DNA of 59,440 nt from NCBI GenBank assembly GCA_964499455.1, contig CAZCLC010000001.1, forward strand, positions 1 through 59,440, given 5' to 3'. The DNA is from an uncultured Candidatus Saccharibacteria bacterium. Its GTDB lineage: Bacteria > Patescibacteriota > Minisyncoccia > Phycocordibacterales > Phycocordibacteraceae. The notes beneath the pieces are model-generated. The model had not been told where the DNA came from. It searched no databases and worked only from the letters and a program-made list of their open reading frames with translations. The position numbers and the translations under genes were made by a program. Positions 57,725 through 59,440 of this stretch are shown piece by piece; the stretch's first letter is position 1, and each line of letters begins with the position of its first letter.

Positions 57725-58135
57725 TTGTGAAAATTATATTCCTTTCTCCCTTATAAATAAATCGTTTTCGGAGCGATAGCGGAGAAAACAACCTTATATC
57801 CCCTCTAAAAAGAAAAAAATTGTTTTGCTTCCTTATTCTTAAAAGCGAAGCGGGAAACCTCCTTATTATCAAAAAAGATAAAAAATGTATGCCGCCTAAT
57901 GCGCCGCGGATGATGCGACCGTTTGCGAGTATAATTATTGTAGCATAGCTACAATAATTTATGAGCAAATGTCGCATATCCCGCTGTTGTCCGAAGTCCG
58001 CGAAGCGAAGCGAAGCGAGCGGGATGAGGACGGCAGAGGGATTCATCCGCGGCGCATTGTCCTAAATCCGAGAGTGAGACGAATGGAGCGACAGCGGAGT
58101 GAGCTGAGCGAGCGGATTTAGGACAACTGGTTTTT
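57725..58135. repeat. GC-rich repeat, copy E: right arm of the inverted repeat (57792-57888) plus a multi-stem element (57898-58135)
   Basis: A 16-bp perfect closing stem AATGCGCCGCGGATGA (57898-57913) / TCATCCGCGGCGCATT (58043-58058) encloses a 12-bp hairpin (57933-57959) and an ATCCCGC/GCGGGAT hairpin carrying (CGAAG)x3. Then comes a 14-bp hairpin 58057-58070/58113-58126 and T5 (58131-58135). Confidence 0.75.
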
Positions 58136-58203
58136 ATCCATACTTTGTGATTGAATTATAGCAAGAAGTTTTATGTTATACAAACTTTTATTATTCTTGA
58201 ACT

Positions 58204-59016
58204 ATGGGCAATATTTTAGACAAAACCGAACGAGTATTACGATTACGCAACTACTCTCCCAAAACTCGTAAAGCATACTTGTTCTATATAAGACAGTATA
58301 TCAGTTTTTCTAAAAAAGCTGGAATCAAAAATAAACAAAAAGTAGTTGAGGATTTTTTACTTGATAAACATAACCGCAAACAATCTCCGCAAACAATCAA
58401 TCTTGCACTTAATGCTGTAAAGTTTTTGTATAGAGAAGTTTTGAAAAATTCGCAAAAAATTGATTTAAAATTTGCAAAAAGAAGTAAGAAGTTGCCAGTT
58501 GTACTTTCACATCGTGAGATTGAGAAAATTATCCATGCAACTGATAATGCAAAATATAAACTTATGATTTCACTTGGTTATGCTTGTGGTCTTAGAGTTA
58601 GCGAGGTTATTAGTCTGCATGTAGCTGATTTGGATATTGATGAGCTTGTTGTTCATATCAAAAGAGCAAAAGGTAAGAAAGACAGAATCAGTGTTCTACC
58701 TGGAAAGCTGCAGGATGATTTACGGAATATAATTGCTGATAGAAATGCGAAAGATTATATTTTTGATTCTAATCGTGGCGGAAAACTTACAACAACATCT
58801 TTGCAAAAAATGTTTCGCAAGAGTTTAGCAAAAACAACAATCAAAAAGCCAGTAACTTTCCACTCCCTGCGACATTCTTTTGCAACACACTTGTTAGAAA
58901 ACGGAACGGATGTGCGTTATGTACAGGAATTGCTTGGACACTCTAATATTCGCACTACGCAAATCTATACACAAGTTACAAACCCGAAGTTAAAGAATAT
59001 TAAGAGTCCACTGTAA
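58204..59016 (+). CDS. Tyrosine recombinase (XerC/D-like with SAM-like N-domain; lacks the IntI-specific insertion)
   Basis: N-terminus LRNYSPKTRKAYLFYIRQYISF. Catalytic residues fit R (GLRVSE), K (KGKKDR), H-x-x-R (HSLRHSFATH), H (LLGHS) and Y (TQIYTQV). Only 270 aa. Confidence 0.9.
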   Translation: MGNILDKTERVLRLRNYSPKTRKAYLFYIRQYISFSKKAGIKNKQKVVEDFLLDKHNRKQSPQTINLALNAVKFLYREVLKNSQKIDLKFAKRSKKLPVVLSHREIEKIIHATDNAKYKLMISLGYACGLRVSEVISLHVADLDIDELVVHIKRAKGKKDRISVLPGKLQDDLRNIIADRNAKDYIFDSNRGGKLTTTSLQKMFRKSLAKTTIKKPVTFHSLRHSFATHLLENGTDVRYVQELLGHSNIRTTQIYTQVTNPKLKNIKSPL

Positions 59017-59019
59017 CTA

Positions 59020-59440
59020 TTATAGCGAACCCGACCGAGGGTCTGCCCCAACGAAGTGAGGGTGCAAAATCATTTCCTTACCTCTCTTTCTTTTTCGGTG
59101 GAGGGGTCTGGGGAGGAGCCGAACAAAAAATTGAAAGGAAATGGTTTTGGTCGGGTGGCTCGCCGAGTGAAGCGGGGCGAGAGTGACGCGGTTGTATTGC
59201 GAGAGTTACCACTAAACTCTCCTATCGGAGAGTTTAGTGTAGAATTACCACACAGGATCTCGCCGTGGAGCGTGCGCCCGCAGGCGCACGCATTTAGACA
59301 GCACGCACTCCGTGCGTTCCTATTTGTTTAATGTAGTTGATTTTGAAAATAGGTTCTATTCTGGTGCCTTTATTTTACCAAATCCGAACCTATTTTCAAA
59401 ATAAATACTAACTCACGCGCGGAGCGCGTGGAAACTCCAA
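59020..59440. repeat. GC-rich hairpin-dense repeat, copy B (collinear with copy C); runs to the window edge
   Basis: Stems: CTCGCC/GGCGAG 59159-59181, 13-bp perfect 59210-59222/59227-59239, 9-bp GC 59270-59291, 59303-59317, 17-bp perfect 59340-59356/59386-59402, 59414-59430. Block 59094-59142 is shared with copies A and C. Confidence 0.75.

Noticed and set aside
55860-59440. Classical integron: IntI plus attC-bounded cassette, with the integrase divergent from the cassette.
   Set aside because: The recombinase is only 270 aa and lacks the long IntI-specific insertion between the K and H-x-x-R regions. GTTAGGC (55945-55951) and GCCTAAT (57894-57900) resemble R'/R'' boxes, but they are not arranged as the two ends of one imperfect palindrome. 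The strong hairpins do not end in RYYYAAC/GTTRRRY. Kept only as a loose analogy.
1-59440. Alternative genetic code, such as the UGA=Gly recoding seen in some CPR lineages.
   Set aside because: TGA ends frr (12620-12622), mreC (16921-16923) and mrdA (18908-18910) exactly where conserved proteins end. TAG and TAA also act as stops. The standard code fits all strong genes.
1-59440. CRISPR array.
   Set aside because: There are no regularly spaced short direct repeats with unique spacers. The repeats present are long, degenerate and dispersed.

Overview
AT-rich (about one-third G+C by eye), gene-dense bacterial chromosome segment using the standard code: TGA, TAG and TAA all terminate well-conserved proteins. 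The gene style suggests a Patescibacteria/CPR (Parcubacteria-like) genome, but that placement is inference. It rests on a short ProRS, many small membrane-anchored proteins, GH57/GH15 glucan genes, a fragmented dcw cluster and little metabolism. The core content is as follows. Cell-envelope genes include a DedA-PAP2-LssY_C fusion, a second PAP2, mtgA, mreBCD-mrdA, mraZ-rsmH-ftsL-ftsI-murF, mraY-ftsW-murG on the opposite strand, a D-Ala-D-Ala carboxypeptidase, an M23 peptidase and an S41 protease. Translation genes include frr, proS, lysS, cysS, gltX, trpS, rplU, rplI, rpmA, tRNA-Asn and tRNA-Glu. DNA-metabolism genes are dnaB, recR, rmuC and scpAB. There is also a metal-homeostasis cluster (CsoR/RcnR-family repressor, CPH-type P1B ATPase, DUF302, DsbA) with two copies of one palindromic operator. 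The most unusual material is non-coding. A family of GC-rich, hairpin-dense repeats (at least five copies) sits next to both tRNA genes, next to a decayed serine-recombinase gene, and on both sides of an intact tyrosine recombinase. Two inverted copies bracket a two-gene Mrr / Zn-ribbon-DUF4145 restriction-like cassette at 56131-57708. A roughly 240-nt multi-stem element lies between that cassette and the recombinase. Other notable points: a ~450-nt structured intergenic region upstream of frr, an A_AAA_AAG slippery site joining two small ORFs, an in-frame TAG in a secreted-protein gene, and a dcw cluster apparently split by a ~25-kb inversion bounded by inverted repeat copies. All similarity and identity statements are by-eye alignments; no database search or folding calculation was possible.
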